Of a stretch of DNA of 64,000 bases, positions 1 through 8,372 are shown piece by piece. Origin of the DNA: Dehalococcoidia bacterium (lineage in GTDB: Bacteria > Chloroflexota > Dehalococcoidia > Bin125); the NCBI GenBank assembly GCA_963422755.1, contig OY730488.1, one strand, 5' to 3'. Within the stretch, counting starts at the first letter, position 1. The number at the start of each line of letters is the position of its first letter. The position numbers and the translations under genes are program-made. The notes beneath the pieces were generated by a model. That model ran no database searches, was not told where the DNA came from, and was given only the letters and a program-made list of their open reading frames with translations.

Positions 1-532
1 AGAGGCCAAAGAAGCCCAGCCCTTCCCCGCGCCGCTGCGACGGTACAATCTCCGCCACGAGCGACCCCGCCGACGTTGGATACGCCGCCATGCCCACACC
101 CTGCACACAGCGCAGCGCGAACAGCGCCCAGAGATTATCCGTGAAAACCATCAGCAGGAACGACGCCACAAAGGCGAGCAGACCCACACGCATCTGGCGA
201 ATGCGGAAGCCGGCATCGCTGAACCGCCCGACGAACGGGCGCAGCACAATCGGCACCATCGCATAGCCGCCAACCACGAGACCGATCTCGAACAGATTGA
301 ACCCCTGATCGCTCATCTCGCGCGGCAGGGTCGTGGTGAGATAGAAGAAGCAGGCGAAGAAACTGAACGTCCCGAGCAGTGAGAGCACGTACTGCAGCGA
401 CCACAGCGGCGGCCGACGGGGCAGACGCGGGGCCACACGCGCGACCGAGCGCCACAGTGCCCCGTGCTGTGGCGCGGAGCGCACCGTTAACCAAGCTTGC
501 GCTGCGGTCGCCCCTGCTTCAGAGGTCGTCAA
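1..532 (-). CDS. MFS-type membrane transporter. The 5' part starts at a TTG at 532 and the gene runs off the window edge.
   Basis: Manual translation of the minus strand gives an Arg-rich N-terminus followed by hydrophobic helices (LWSLQYVLSLLGTFSFFACFFYL..., GYAMVPIVLRPFVGRFSDAGFRIRQMRVGLLAFVASFLLMVF...), typical of an MFS transporter. It is missing from the ORF track because it has no in-window stop and uses a TTG or GTG start. Confidence 0.5.
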   Translation of the reverse strand, partial: MTTSEAGATAAQAWLTVRSAPQHGALWRSVARVAPRLPRRPPLWSLQYVLSLLGTFSFFACFFYLTTTLPREMSDQGFNLFEIGLVVGGYAMVPIVLRPFVGRFSDAGFRIRQMRVGLLAFVASFLLMVFTDNLWALFALRCVQGVGMAAYPTSAGSLVAEIVPSQRRGEGLGFFGL

Positions 533-618
533 CGCCGCCTCCCGGCTGTGCTCGCGGTGAGGGCGCTTGCGGTGACGACGCTCCGCCGCCCTGAACGCGA
601 TAACCCAAAATTAGCGAC

Positions 619-1164
619 CTAAAATTCTGGCGGACCGATCTCAGTGAGCGCGTCTTCCGCGTGACCGTTGCTACGCGGACAGAGGTGCGACTCACCCTCG
701 ATCGGCGCTCGACACAGCGGACAGGTCGGACGCCCGCCGGCCAAGGTCTCTTCGGCTTGCACCACAAACAGGCGCGCGTCCCGGCGTCCGAGATCGACGC
801 GGATCGTCGGTGCGGGATCCGCCCCGACCGCCTCGACGTCGGTGGCGTACAGCGTGAACTGGCCAGCGTCCTCGTCATAGCCCAGCGCCATCCGGCCGGC
901 GAGGAAGTCGTGCGTGGCTCGGTCGGGGAACGGCGCCAACGGCTGCGCGGCCAGCCGCTGGCCCTCGCCCCGCCGTCGGTGTCGGGCGAGCAGCTGCTGG
1001 ATCGCCTCGGCGAGGGCGTTGACCTGCGTCTTCTCGCACCAGATCGAGGCGGTCACCGCGCCCGCCGTCACCCGTAGCCGAAAGCGACGCTGACCCGGCG
1101 GACCGATCGCTTCCGCCTCTAGCGCTTCGGCCACACCCAGATCATGCTCAGCCTCATTAGCCAT
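619..1164 (-). CDS. DUF3090 family protein
   Basis: An internal Met (MANEAEHDLG...) starts a 181-aa protein. It carries conserved DUF3090 features: IGPPGQRRFRLRV...EKTQV..., GRMALGYDEDAGQFTLYA and the C-terminal RPTCPLCRAPIEGESHLCPRSNGH zinc-ribbon motif. The longer 258-aa ORF is an N-terminal over-extension. Confidence 0.8.
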   Translation of the reverse strand: MANEAEHDLGVAEALEAEAIGPPGQRRFRLRVTAGAVTASIWCEKTQVNALAEAIQQLLARHRRRGEGQRLAAQPLAPFPDRATHDFLAGRMALGYDEDAGQFTLYATDVEAVGADPAPTIRVDLGRRDARLFVVQAEETLAGGRPTCPLCRAPIEGESHLCPRSNGHAEDALTEIGPPEF

Positions 1165-1329
1165 AGGCAAAGTATACCCGCGCCCGAATTTGGCGATCCC
1201 CGCATCTCTCTGGCGCCCGCCGGCACGAGACCAGTTCGCTCGCCGCAATTTCCCGCCCGACCAGAACTGCGCCAAGCATCTACCATGAAGGCCACAGACA
1301 CTCACTCCCCAACCGCCAGGAGCTGCGAT

Positions 1330-1782
1330 ATGGCCGTTGAGCTGGGACAGATGGCGCCCGACTTTCGCTTGATGGACGGCAACCGCACCGAGCACTCGCT
1401 ATCCGATTACCGTGGCCAGACCGTCGTCGTCGCCTGGTACGTGCTCGCCTTCACCGGCGGTTGAACCAACGAACTGAGCCGCTTCCAAGAACTCCACAGC
1501 GAGTTCCTGGCAGCCGGCGCCCAGGTGCTGGGCATCTCGGTTGATTCCCCATTCGCCAACGGCGCCTACGCCATCGAGCTGGGCCTCGACTTCCCGCTGC
1601 TCGGCGACTTCCCCTGGGGACGCACGGGGCGGGCCTGGGGGATCCTCAACGACGAGCGCGGCATCACCGCCCGCGTCACCTATGTCATCGACGCCGAAGG
1701 CGTGGTCCGACATATCATCGATGCACCACGGGACTTCCACGCGCACCCCGAGGGCGCGCTGGAGTTCATCAAATCGATGTAG
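1330..1782 (+). CDS. Peroxiredoxin (AhpC/TSA/Bcp-like) with an in-frame TGA at 1462..1464 in the position of the peroxidatic cysteine. This is a putative selenocysteine-containing peroxiredoxin; the alternative is a nonsense pseudogene.
   Basis: Track ORFs 1144..1464 and 1525..1782 share one frame and are separated only by the TGA. The joined product is MAVELGQMAPDFRLMDGNRTEHSLSDYRGQTVVVAWYVLAFTGG-U-TNELSRFQELHSEFLAAGAQVLGISVDSPF...VTYVIDAEGVVRHI... The Prx signature is xFTxxCTxE, and the TGA sits exactly where the catalytic Cys codon belongs. Confidence 0.6.
1485..1510 (+). other. Candidate bacterial SECIS-like hairpin, starting 20 nt downstream of the in-frame UGA of the peroxiredoxin
   Basis: ccaagaactc cacagc gagttcctgg forms a 10-bp stem with one A-C mismatch and a 6-nt loop, beginning 20 nt after the UGA. 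Confidence 0.3.
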
Positions 1783-1912
1783 CCTTACACCATGCCCCCC
1801 ACACCCGCATATTCGGTCGAACACAAGCGCATACAATCATTGCCCTCAATCATAAGAACGTAAGTTTAGTTCAATAGTTCTATTCTGAGACGGCGCTGTG
1901 CGTCACCTGCAC

Positions 1913-1941
1913 TTGACAAGATCTACCTGAGTTTGCATAGT
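1913..1941 (+). promoter_or_regulatory. Sigma-70-like promoter: TTGACA, a 17-nt spacer, then CATAGT. It lies inside an unusually AT-rich intergenic island.
   Basis: TTGACA at 1913..1918 and CATAGT at 1936..1941 are separated by 17 nt. The promoter lies about 80 nt upstream of the ATG at 2020, which has a GGAGA ribosome-binding site. Confidence 0.35.
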
Positions 1942-2019
1942 GCATGCGTCGCACACTTACGGCGAGTAGGGTTGCGACACCGCGTGGCGGCGGTCTTCTT
2001 CGGAGTTCTCTGGAGACAT

Positions 2020-2292
2020 ATGACCACCGCCGTCATCGACGCCGCGCCTGCGGCCGATTGCACCCACCATTGGCTGATCGCTTCGCCCAACGGCAAAGTG
2101 TCCGTGGGCCGCTGCCTGCGCTGCCGGGATACCCGCGAGTTTCTCAACTCGCTGGAAGAAGAAAAGCGGCTGAACAACAACGACCTCTATGCGCGGAACT
2201 ACGGCAAGTCCCGCAGCTCTGACAGCCGCATCGACGATGCTGAGTCTGCCTTGCGCGACATGTTCCGCCCGCGCCTCAGCGGCGCTGGCTAA
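2020..2292 (+). CDS. Small hypothetical protein with a C..HH...C..C cysteine/histidine cluster (putative zinc ribbon)
   Basis: A GGAGA ribosome-binding site sits 4 nt upstream of the ATG, and a promoter-like element lies upstream. The product is MTTAVIDAAPAADCTHHWLIASPNGKVSVGRCLRCRDTREF... The 5' extension of the track ORF lacks ribosome-binding-site support. Confidence 0.45.
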   Translation: MTTAVIDAAPAADCTHHWLIASPNGKVSVGRCLRCRDTREFLNSLEEEKRLNNNDLYARNYGKSRSSDSRIDDAESALRDMFRPRLSGAG

Positions 2293-2358
2293 GCCAGCCC
2301 CACCCGCTGGCGTTGGCGCGCTGGCCGACCAGGCCCGTCACGGTCGTAGACTGCACCC

Positions 2359-2667
2359 ATGACTAGCCGCAGCGGCGGGCATGAGCCCGGCGATCCCCCT
2401 GATCTCGACGCTGACCTCGCCAGCTTCGCTGTGCGGGCAGTGCCCTTTGACGAATGGGTCGACATCGACACGCTGATCCATCGCAGCTCCGTCACTTCGG
2501 GCGACTTCGACTATGTCCTGCGTCCGCTCTGCCCCGATTGCGGGGCGGAGCTGGCCCTCGAGTACGAAACGCTCGAACCCGAAGCCGATGGCGGGCGTGA
2601 GGTGATTGCGGCGCTCGTCTGCACGACCTGCCGCATCCTGTGGGAGCCCGACCAGCCGGCAGAGTGA
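2359..2667 (+). CDS. Hypothetical protein with two CxxC pairs (zinc-ribbon-like)
   Basis: The ORF carries PLCPDCGAEL and VCTTCRIL. It is on the same strand as, and just upstream of, the sulfur-carrier gene. Confidence 0.4.
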   Translation: MTSRSGGHEPGDPPDLDADLASFAVRAVPFDEWVDIDTLIHRSSVTSGDFDYVLRPLCPDCGAELALEYETLEPEADGGREVIAALVCTTCRILWEPDQPAE

Positions 2668-2870
2668 ATCAGCCCGCGCGACACTGCTATGCACAGGGGC
2701 CCGCGAGCAGCCACCGCTTACGCGTCCAGTGCCTACGTGAGCTGGCAGTCGCGATCTGTCGCGTCGGCAGTGTGCCCCTCGACGGCCGCGCGTTACGCTC
2801 AAAGCGACTCGCAGTCCCAGCGCCGCGCCTACGCTAGCCCCAGGGGCGGCCCAATAGGAATCGAGCCTGC

Positions 2871-3149
2871 TTGATGAGTGTCCTCGTGCGCATTCCCACA
2901 CCGCTGCGCCCGCTCGCGTCCGGACAGGACGTGGTCGAGGCCGACGGCGAGTCCCTCCAGCTCCTCGTCCTCGACCTCGAACGCCGGTTTCCCGGGATCG
3001 GCGAACGCATCGTCGACGAGGACGGCGACATTCGCCGATTCGTCAACCTCTTCGTCAACGGCGAAGACGTACGCTTCCTCGACGGCCTCCACACCGCCCT
3101 CAAGCAGGGGGACGAAGTCTCGATCGTCCCCGCCGTCGCCGGCGGCTGA
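2871..3149 (+). CDS. MoaD/ThiS/CysO-family sulfur-carrier protein with a C-terminal Gly-Gly
   Basis: VRIPTPLRPLASGQ...RRFVNLFVNGEDVRFLDGLHTALKQGDEVSIVPAVAGG* aligns closely with mycobacterial CysO-type beta-grasp sulfur carriers, which end in ...ILPAVAGG. Confidence 0.8.
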   Translation: MMSVLVRIPTPLRPLASGQDVVEADGESLQLLVLDLERRFPGIGERIVDEDGDIRRFVNLFVNGEDVRFLDGLHTALKQGDEVSIVPAVAGG

Positions 3150-3153
3150 TCCT

Positions 3154-3963
3154 ATGACCGTCCGCATCGAGACCGACGGCAAGATCGCCACCATCACGCT
3201 CGACCGACCCGAGCGGATGAACGCGATCGACCCCAAGATGTCGCGCCAACTTGAAGAGTTCTGGGTTGCGTTCGACCGTGACGAGGCGTTGCATGTGGCG
3301 ATCGTCACTGGCGCCGGTCGGGCCTTCTGCGCGGGCCGCGATCTGGTCCGCGACGGGGCCCACAACGACGAAATCCAGCGCGCCGCCGAATCCGCCACGA
3401 GAGCCGATGCCGCCAGCCGCACGAACGCGGCTGGCCTGTCCAGCTGGGGACCCGATCGCACCTGGAAGCCGGTGATCGCGGCGATCAACGGCTGGTGCCT
3501 GGCGGGTGGATTCGCCCTCGCGCTCGCCTGCGACCTGCGGATTATGAGCGAGACCGCCCGGATCGGCTCGATGGCCCCCAGGCGCGGGCTCGTGCCTGGG
3601 GGCGGACAGGTGCAGCGGCTGGCCCGCTACGTCCCCTTCGGCAAGGCGCTCGAACTGCTGCTGCGCGCCAACCACCTCGACGCGCACGAGGCGCACCGCA
3701 TCGGACTCGCCAACGCTGTCACCGCGCCCCACGAACTGCTACCCACAGCGCGTGAGTGGGCCGACGAAATCGCGTCCAACGGACCACTCGCCGTGCGCGC
3801 CTCGAAACGCGCCGCATACGAGGGCGTCCTGCTGCCCTCGGGCTTCGCCGAGGGCATGGCGCTGGAGTCCGAGCTGTACGCCGAGATCATGACATCGGCG
3901 GACGCCCAGGAAGGGACGCGCGCCTTCGCCGAAAAGCGCCCCGCCCAATTCACCGGCCGCTAA
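3154..3963 (+). CDS. Enoyl-CoA hydratase/isomerase (crotonase) family protein
   Basis: The product MTVRIETDGKIATITLDRPERMNAID...AFCAGRDL...INGWCLAGGFALALACDLRI shows the crotonase fold. Its start lies 5 nt after the sulfur-carrier stop. The upstream frame extension in the track is spurious. Confidence 0.85.
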   Translation: MTVRIETDGKIATITLDRPERMNAIDPKMSRQLEEFWVAFDRDEALHVAIVTGAGRAFCAGRDLVRDGAHNDEIQRAAESATRADAASRTNAAGLSSWGPDRTWKPVIAAINGWCLAGGFALALACDLRIMSETARIGSMAPRRGLVPGGGQVQRLARYVPFGKALELLLRANHLDAHEAHRIGLANAVTAPHELLPTAREWADEIASNGPLAVRASKRAAYEGVLLPSGFAEGMALESELYAEIMTSADAQEGTRAFAEKRPAQFTGR

Positions 3964-3998
3964 GCGGCTCCGACCCAACCCTCAGCTCACACCTCTAG

Positions 3999-4646
3999 CT
4001 ACGGCTGTAGGACACGCGCCAGCCACGTCGTGAGCAGCCGCCACAGCTCCTGCCGACGCTGCCGCAACGAGTGCGTCGCGCCCTCCAGTATGTGCAGCTC
4101 ACGACCCTCGCCAGCAATGCTGAACACCCACTCCGACAGGCGCGGCGGCAGACGCCAGTCAGCGTCGCCGTGGATCAGGAGCAGTGGGCGCGGTGCGAGC
4201 GACTGCACTTCGGATGGTTCGATACCCATCGTTTGCGTCGACAGCGCACAGACCGCCGCGACAACCGAAGCTGGCGACCGCGCCGCAGCGCGGATCACGA
4301 TCGCGCCACCGTAGGAGTGGCCGATCAGTGCAATCTGCTGCGCACCCTGCTCTTGCAACCACTCGATACCGGCAAGCACATCGAACGTACCGTCATCGAT
4401 CGGCCCTGGCGATGCCTTGATGCGGAAATCCAACCGCAATACGTCGAGGCCTCGACCAGGGAGCGTGTCTGAGAGATCGGCGTAGATGCTCTCAGCCGGC
4501 CCATCGAAGCCACCATCGAAGCCGCCTACGCAGAGGACGGCGCGGCGCCGCGCCGCGCTGCCCTTTGCGCTGGCCAACGCGCTGGGATGCCAACGCGCCG
4601 CGAGACGCCCCCGTTCAGTCACAATGGTCAACTCGGAATGATCCAC
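3999..4646 (-). CDS. Alpha/beta hydrolase (dienelactone-hydrolase-like)
   Basis: It has a GHSYGG nucleophile elbow and a C-terminal HGDADWRLP...GATH region. Confidence 0.75.
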   Translation of the reverse strand: MDHSELTIVTERGRLAARWHPSALASAKGSAARRRAVLCVGGFDGGFDGPAESIYADLSDTLPGRGLDVLRLDFRIKASPGPIDDGTFDVLAGIEWLQEQGAQQIALIGHSYGGAIVIRAAARSPASVVAAVCALSTQTMGIEPSEVQSLAPRPLLLIHGDADWRLPPRLSEWVFSIAGEGRELHILEGATHSLRQRRQELWRLLTTWLARVLQP

Positions 4647-4706
4647 ACCGCTTGTACGCTACTTCGCGAGCAACGCGCCCGCCGGGCGCACGAGGAATGG
4701 ACGCAT

Positions 4707-6170
4707 ATGACGTTGATTGTCAATCCACGAACCGACACCGCCGACTCACAGACCGCACTGGCCACCGCCTTCGCTCCGAACTCGATCGCGATTGCCGGCG
4801 TGTCGCCGCGCACCAGCGGTTGGGGCGGCGGACAAATGTTCCTGCGCGGCATCCGCAAGCTCAACCGCGTGCCCAATGTGTACTGTCTCAACCCACGTGG
4901 CGGCGAGCTCGATGACGGCACGACGCTCTACCGCTCGCTCAGCGAGGTGCCAGGTCCTGTCGAATCACTGATCTCCGCAGTACCGGCGTCCGCCATCCTG
5001 GAACTGGTCGAGGATGCCATCGCCCATGGCGTGCAGGTGCTCCACCTGTTCACCGCCGGGTTCGGCGAGACCGGCAGCTCGGAGCGCGCAAAGCTCGAGG
5101 CGGAAGTGCTGGGCAAGCTCGCGGCGGCGGGCATCCGCCTGATCGGACCGAACTGCATGGGCATCCACTCGACCCGCGGCGGCGTCTCCTGGATGGAAGA
5201 CGGAGCGACTGAGCCGGGCCGCGTCGGCATGCTGTCGCAATCGGGCATGAACGCGTCGGAAGTCGTCGGCGAGGGCGCACGGCGCGGCATTGACTTCTCC
5301 AACGTCGCATCCTTCGGCAACGCCTCCGACCTCAATGAGGCGGATTTCCTTGAGTTTCTGGCGCATGACCGCGATACCGACATCGTGCTCGCGTACCTCG
5401 AGGGCATCCGCGACGGTCGACGCTTCCTCGAGATCGCCCGCGCGATGTCACGCTCCGCTTCGAGCGATCGCAAACCACTGGTCGTACTCAAGGGCGGGCT
5501 GACCGAGGCCGGCTCCCGGGCCGCCTCCTCACACACCGGATCCTTAGCTGGCTCCGCGCAGATTTGGAACGCGGTCCAGCGACAGGCCGGCTTCATCCCC
5601 ACGCAGAGCGTCGAGGAGCTGCTCGACATCGCCGTCACCATTCAGCGCATGCCGACCGTCGCCGGCCCACGCTGCGCGGTACTCGGCGGCGGTGGCGGCG
5701 TCTCCGTGCTCGCGGCCGACATCTGCGACCGGAACGACATCCCCGTCCCCTGGTTCAGCGAGGACACCCAGCGCAGGCTGCGTGAATTCACTCCCGTCGC
5801 CGGCACATCGATCCGCAATCCACTCGATGCCGGGTTCATGTTCGAAGGCAAACACATGGAGACCGCGCTGACGTCCATCGCTGAGGACCCCAGCATCGAC
5901 TGGCTGATGCTGCACACCGGCGCTGACAACGGCGGCCCGCGCTCGCGCCAGGAGCACTTCGCCGAGCGCACCGCGAACTCCCTGGCGGCGATCGCGCCCC
6001 AGCTGTCGAAGCCACTCGCCGTCGTGATTCGGCAGCCGCGCACCAAGCGCGGCTTCGAGCGCGGCCTCGACCTGCAACGCCGACTCAACGAGCAGGGCAT
6101 CGCCTGCTACCAGAGCATCGAAGCCGCCGCGCGCGCCGTGCGACGCTACCTCGACTGGCGCACTCGTTAG
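4707..6170 (+). CDS. CoA-binding protein of the acetate--CoA ligase (ADP-forming) family, i.e. an NDP-forming acyl-CoA synthetase with fused alpha and beta domains
   Basis: The product has a succinyl-CoA-synthetase-like flavodoxin/CoA-binding domain (IAIAGVSPRTSGWGG, LIGPNCMGI, VLKGG...HTGSLAG). The start was chosen by alignment with the paralog at 35955..37400. Confidence 0.8.
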   Translation: MTLIVNPRTDTADSQTALATAFAPNSIAIAGVSPRTSGWGGGQMFLRGIRKLNRVPNVYCLNPRGGELDDGTTLYRSLSEVPGPVESLISAVPASAILELVEDAIAHGVQVLHLFTAGFGETGSSERAKLEAEVLGKLAAAGIRLIGPNCMGIHSTRGGVSWMEDGATEPGRVGMLSQSGMNASEVVGEGARRGIDFSNVASFGNASDLNEADFLEFLAHDRDTDIVLAYLEGIRDGRRFLEIARAMSRSASSDRKPLVVLKGGLTEAGSRAASSHTGSLAGSAQIWNAVQRQAGFIPTQSVEELLDIAVTIQRMPTVAGPRCAVLGGGGGVSVLAADICDRNDIPVPWFSEDTQRRLREFTPVAGTSIRNPLDAGFMFEGKHMETALTSIAEDPSIDWLMLHTGADNGGPRSRQEHFAERTANSLAAIAPQLSKPLAVVIRQPRTKRGFERGLDLQRRLNEQGIACYQSIEAAARAVRRYLDWRTR

Positions 6171-6179
6171 GCTGCAGCC

Positions 6180-6488
6180 ATGGCCTGGCTCAAACCGCGC
6201 AGGATCTTGCGCGCACCCGACTCGCGTGTCACGGCGATCACCGAGCGCGAAGCTACGCTGCAGATCGACGGGCTCTTCTGCACGCTATGCGCCCAGCGCG
6301 TCAGCGCCTCGCTGAGCGAAGTGGCGGGCGTCTCCTCAGCCTCATGCGATCTGGAGAGCGCGGTCGCCACGGTGCGATTGGATCGCAGCGTCGAGCCGGA
6401 AGCGCTGTGCGCGGCTGTGTCGCAGGCCGCCATTGCCAAGCCCCTGCGCCGAGCGGTGGAGCGCGTCGCCCGCGCTGCGGGACTCTAG
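6180..6488 (+). CDS. Heavy-metal-associated (HMA) domain protein
   Basis: LQIDGLFCTLCAQRVSASLSEVAGV matches the GMxCxxC metal-binding motif of copper chaperones. Confidence 0.5.
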   Translation: MAWLKPRRILRAPDSRVTAITEREATLQIDGLFCTLCAQRVSASLSEVAGVSSASCDLESAVATVRLDRSVEPEALCAAVSQAAIAKPLRRAVERVARAAGL

Positions 6489-6490
6489 CC

Positions 6491-7375
6491 ATGCCTCGCA
6501 ACCCTAGCCTGGGCGCGCATGTCTCCTCGGCCGGGCGCATCGACAAGGCGGTCGACCGCGCAGTCGAGCTGGGCGCCGAGTCATTTCAGATCTTCGCCGC
6601 CGCGCCCCAGATGTGGCGCCGCAAGGATCACCCCGACGAACACATCAGCGCGTTTCGTGACAAGATGCGCGCGGCGAAGCTGCACGCCGCGTTCGTTCAC
6701 GCCATCTACCTGATCAACCTCGCTTCGCCCGACGACGAGCTGCTCCAGAAGTCGATCGACACGCTCGCCGCCGAACTCGACATCGCGGCGCGGATCGGCG
6801 CGCGGGGCGTCATCGTGCACGTCGGATCGCACATGGGCTCGGGGTTCGACCACGCGCTGCCGCGCATCGCCGCTGGGATCCGTGAAGCGCTCGACCGCAC
6901 GCCCGACGAACCGATGCTGCTGCTCGAGAACAACGCCGGCGCCGGACGCTCCGTCGGATCGACCTTCGCCGAGCTCGCTGCGATCATCTCCGCCGTCGAC
7001 CATCCCCGCGTTGGCATCTGCCTCGATACCTGCCACGCCCACGCCGCCGGTTACAACCTCGCGACGATCGCCGGACTCAAGGACACAGTCGACGCCTTCC
7101 AGCGGGAGATCGGTGGCGAGCACCTCGTCGCAATCCACGCCAACGACTCCAAGACGCCGCTCGGCTCGGGCAAGGATCGGCACGAGAATCTCGGCCACGG
7201 CACGATCGGCCTGCCAGCCTTTCGACGCATGGTGCGTAACCGAGTGCTACGCAAGGCGACCTGGCTGCTCGAAGTGCCCGGATACGAGACAGGCGGACCC
7301 GGCCGAGCCGACGTCAACGTCCTCAAGGCGCTACGCGACGATAGCGAACTACCCGCAATCCCGCCGCCCGACTAG
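6491..7375 (+). CDS. nfo: Deoxyribonuclease IV (endonuclease IV, AP endonuclease family 2)
   Basis: The product is MPRNPSLGAHVSSAGRIDKAVDRAVELGAESFQIFAAAPQMW...VHAIYLINLASPDD...GICLDTCHAHAAGY. The N-terminal extension in the track ORF is spurious. Confidence 0.85.
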   Translation: MPRNPSLGAHVSSAGRIDKAVDRAVELGAESFQIFAAAPQMWRRKDHPDEHISAFRDKMRAAKLHAAFVHAIYLINLASPDDELLQKSIDTLAAELDIAARIGARGVIVHVGSHMGSGFDHALPRIAAGIREALDRTPDEPMLLLENNAGAGRSVGSTFAELAAIISAVDHPRVGICLDTCHAHAAGYNLATIAGLKDTVDAFQREIGGEHLVAIHANDSKTPLGSGKDRHENLGHGTIGLPAFRRMVRNRVLRKATWLLEVPGYETGGPGRADVNVLKALRDDSELPAIPPPD

Positions 7376-8340
7376 CGCAGAGCGGTCAGCCGTCGAGCCG
7401 CCGTTGGCGAGGGCTGCCGAATCTCCGGCATGCGCTCCACATCGAACATCGTCTCGACCAGGCGCAGGAATGAGTTGGCGGTGTCGCCGAGCTTGCGCCG
7501 CTGCCGCCAAATCACTGCGATGCTTCGTTGGATCGGCGCAGCCGATTCAATCGCGATCGGCCGCAGATCGCCGCGCGCTGATTCCTCTTCCACCGCCACC
7601 TTGGGCAGAAAGGCCAACCCCAGCCCACGCAGCACCAGGCGCTTCGCCATTTCCAGCGAGTCCACCTCGATGATGTGCCGCGGCGAGGCGCCCGCGTTGT
7701 GGAACTCCGCCTGGCCGATCGCGTGATAGCTGCTGCCCGTGTCGAAGAAAATCACCGCCTCGTTGGCGATCTCGGCTGACGACGCGAACTCCTTGTCCGC
7801 CAGCGGATGCAGCCGACTGGCGTACAGCAAAATGGTGTCCTGGTAGATCGGCGCCGAGACGATCTCCGGATGCCGCAGCTCGCGTTCAAACCCGAAGTGC
7901 ACCTCATCATCCAGCACCATCTGCGAGACTTCCTCGCTGCGCCCGGTGCGGATCGACAGTTCGACGCCCGGGTTGGCGTTGGCGAATCGTTGCAGCAAAC
8001 CGGGCAATACATAAGTGCCGACGGTCGGCGCCGTCCCGATCACGAGGCTACCGCCGCCGCCCGCGCGCAGCGCGTGGACCGCCTCAGCGGCGTCACGAGC
8101 CGCCTGCAGCGTTCGCTGCGCGTGCGGCAGCAGCACGCGCCCCGCTTCAGTCAACTCCACGCGCCGACCGGAGCGCTCGAACAAACCCACGCCGAGCTGC
8201 CCCTCCATCTGCGCGATCCGAGCTGACACGGTGGGCTGCGCCAGATTGAGCCGCTCCGCAGCGCGCGAGAACGAACGCGATTCCGCGACCTCGACGAACG
8301 CCTCCAGGCGGGCCAGGTCGATCCCGTGAATGCCCTGCAT
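7372..8340 (-). CDS. LysR-family transcriptional regulator
   Basis: An N-terminal HTH (LEAFVEVAESRSFSRAAERLNLAQPTVSARIAQME) is followed by a LysR substrate-binding domain. Confidence 0.85.
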   Translation of the reverse strand: MQGIHGIDLARLEAFVEVAESRSFSRAAERLNLAQPTVSARIAQMEGQLGVGLFERSGRRVELTEAGRVLLPHAQRTLQAARDAAEAVHALRAGGGGSLVIGTAPTVGTYVLPGLLQRFANANPGVELSIRTGRSEEVSQMVLDDEVHFGFERELRHPEIVSAPIYQDTILLYASRLHPLADKEFASSAEIANEAVIFFDTGSSYHAIGQAEFHNAGASPRHIIEVDSLEMAKRLVLRGLGLAFLPKVAVEEESARGDLRPIAIESAAPIQRSIAVIWRQRRKLGDTANSFLRLVETMFDVERMPEIRQPSPTAARRLTALR

Positions 8341-8372
8341 CGGCTGCCTCGACGCGTTTCTCCGTGTTCCGT

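Noticed and set aside
1144-1782. Interpreting the peroxiredoxin as two separate small genes, or calling the upstream 106-aa ORF from ATG 1144
   Set aside because: The two pieces are in one frame. Joined across the TGA they reconstitute a full-length Prx with the stop exactly at the catalytic Cys position. The 5' portion of the 1144 ORF (MLSLISHRQSIPAPEF...) has no homology and no ribosome-binding site. I call a single Sec/pseudogene ORF from 1330.
2878-3153. N-terminal 92 aa of the 361-aa ORF preceding the crotonase
   Set aside because: It is a Ser/Thr/Pro-rich out-of-frame read-through of the cysO-like gene. The crotonase homology begins at the Met at 3154.
6287-6490. N-terminal extension of the nfo ORF, overlapping the HMA-domain gene
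   Set aside because: The endonuclease IV homology starts at MPRNPSLG (6491). The extension is Arg-rich and overlaps a plausible HMA gene in another frame.
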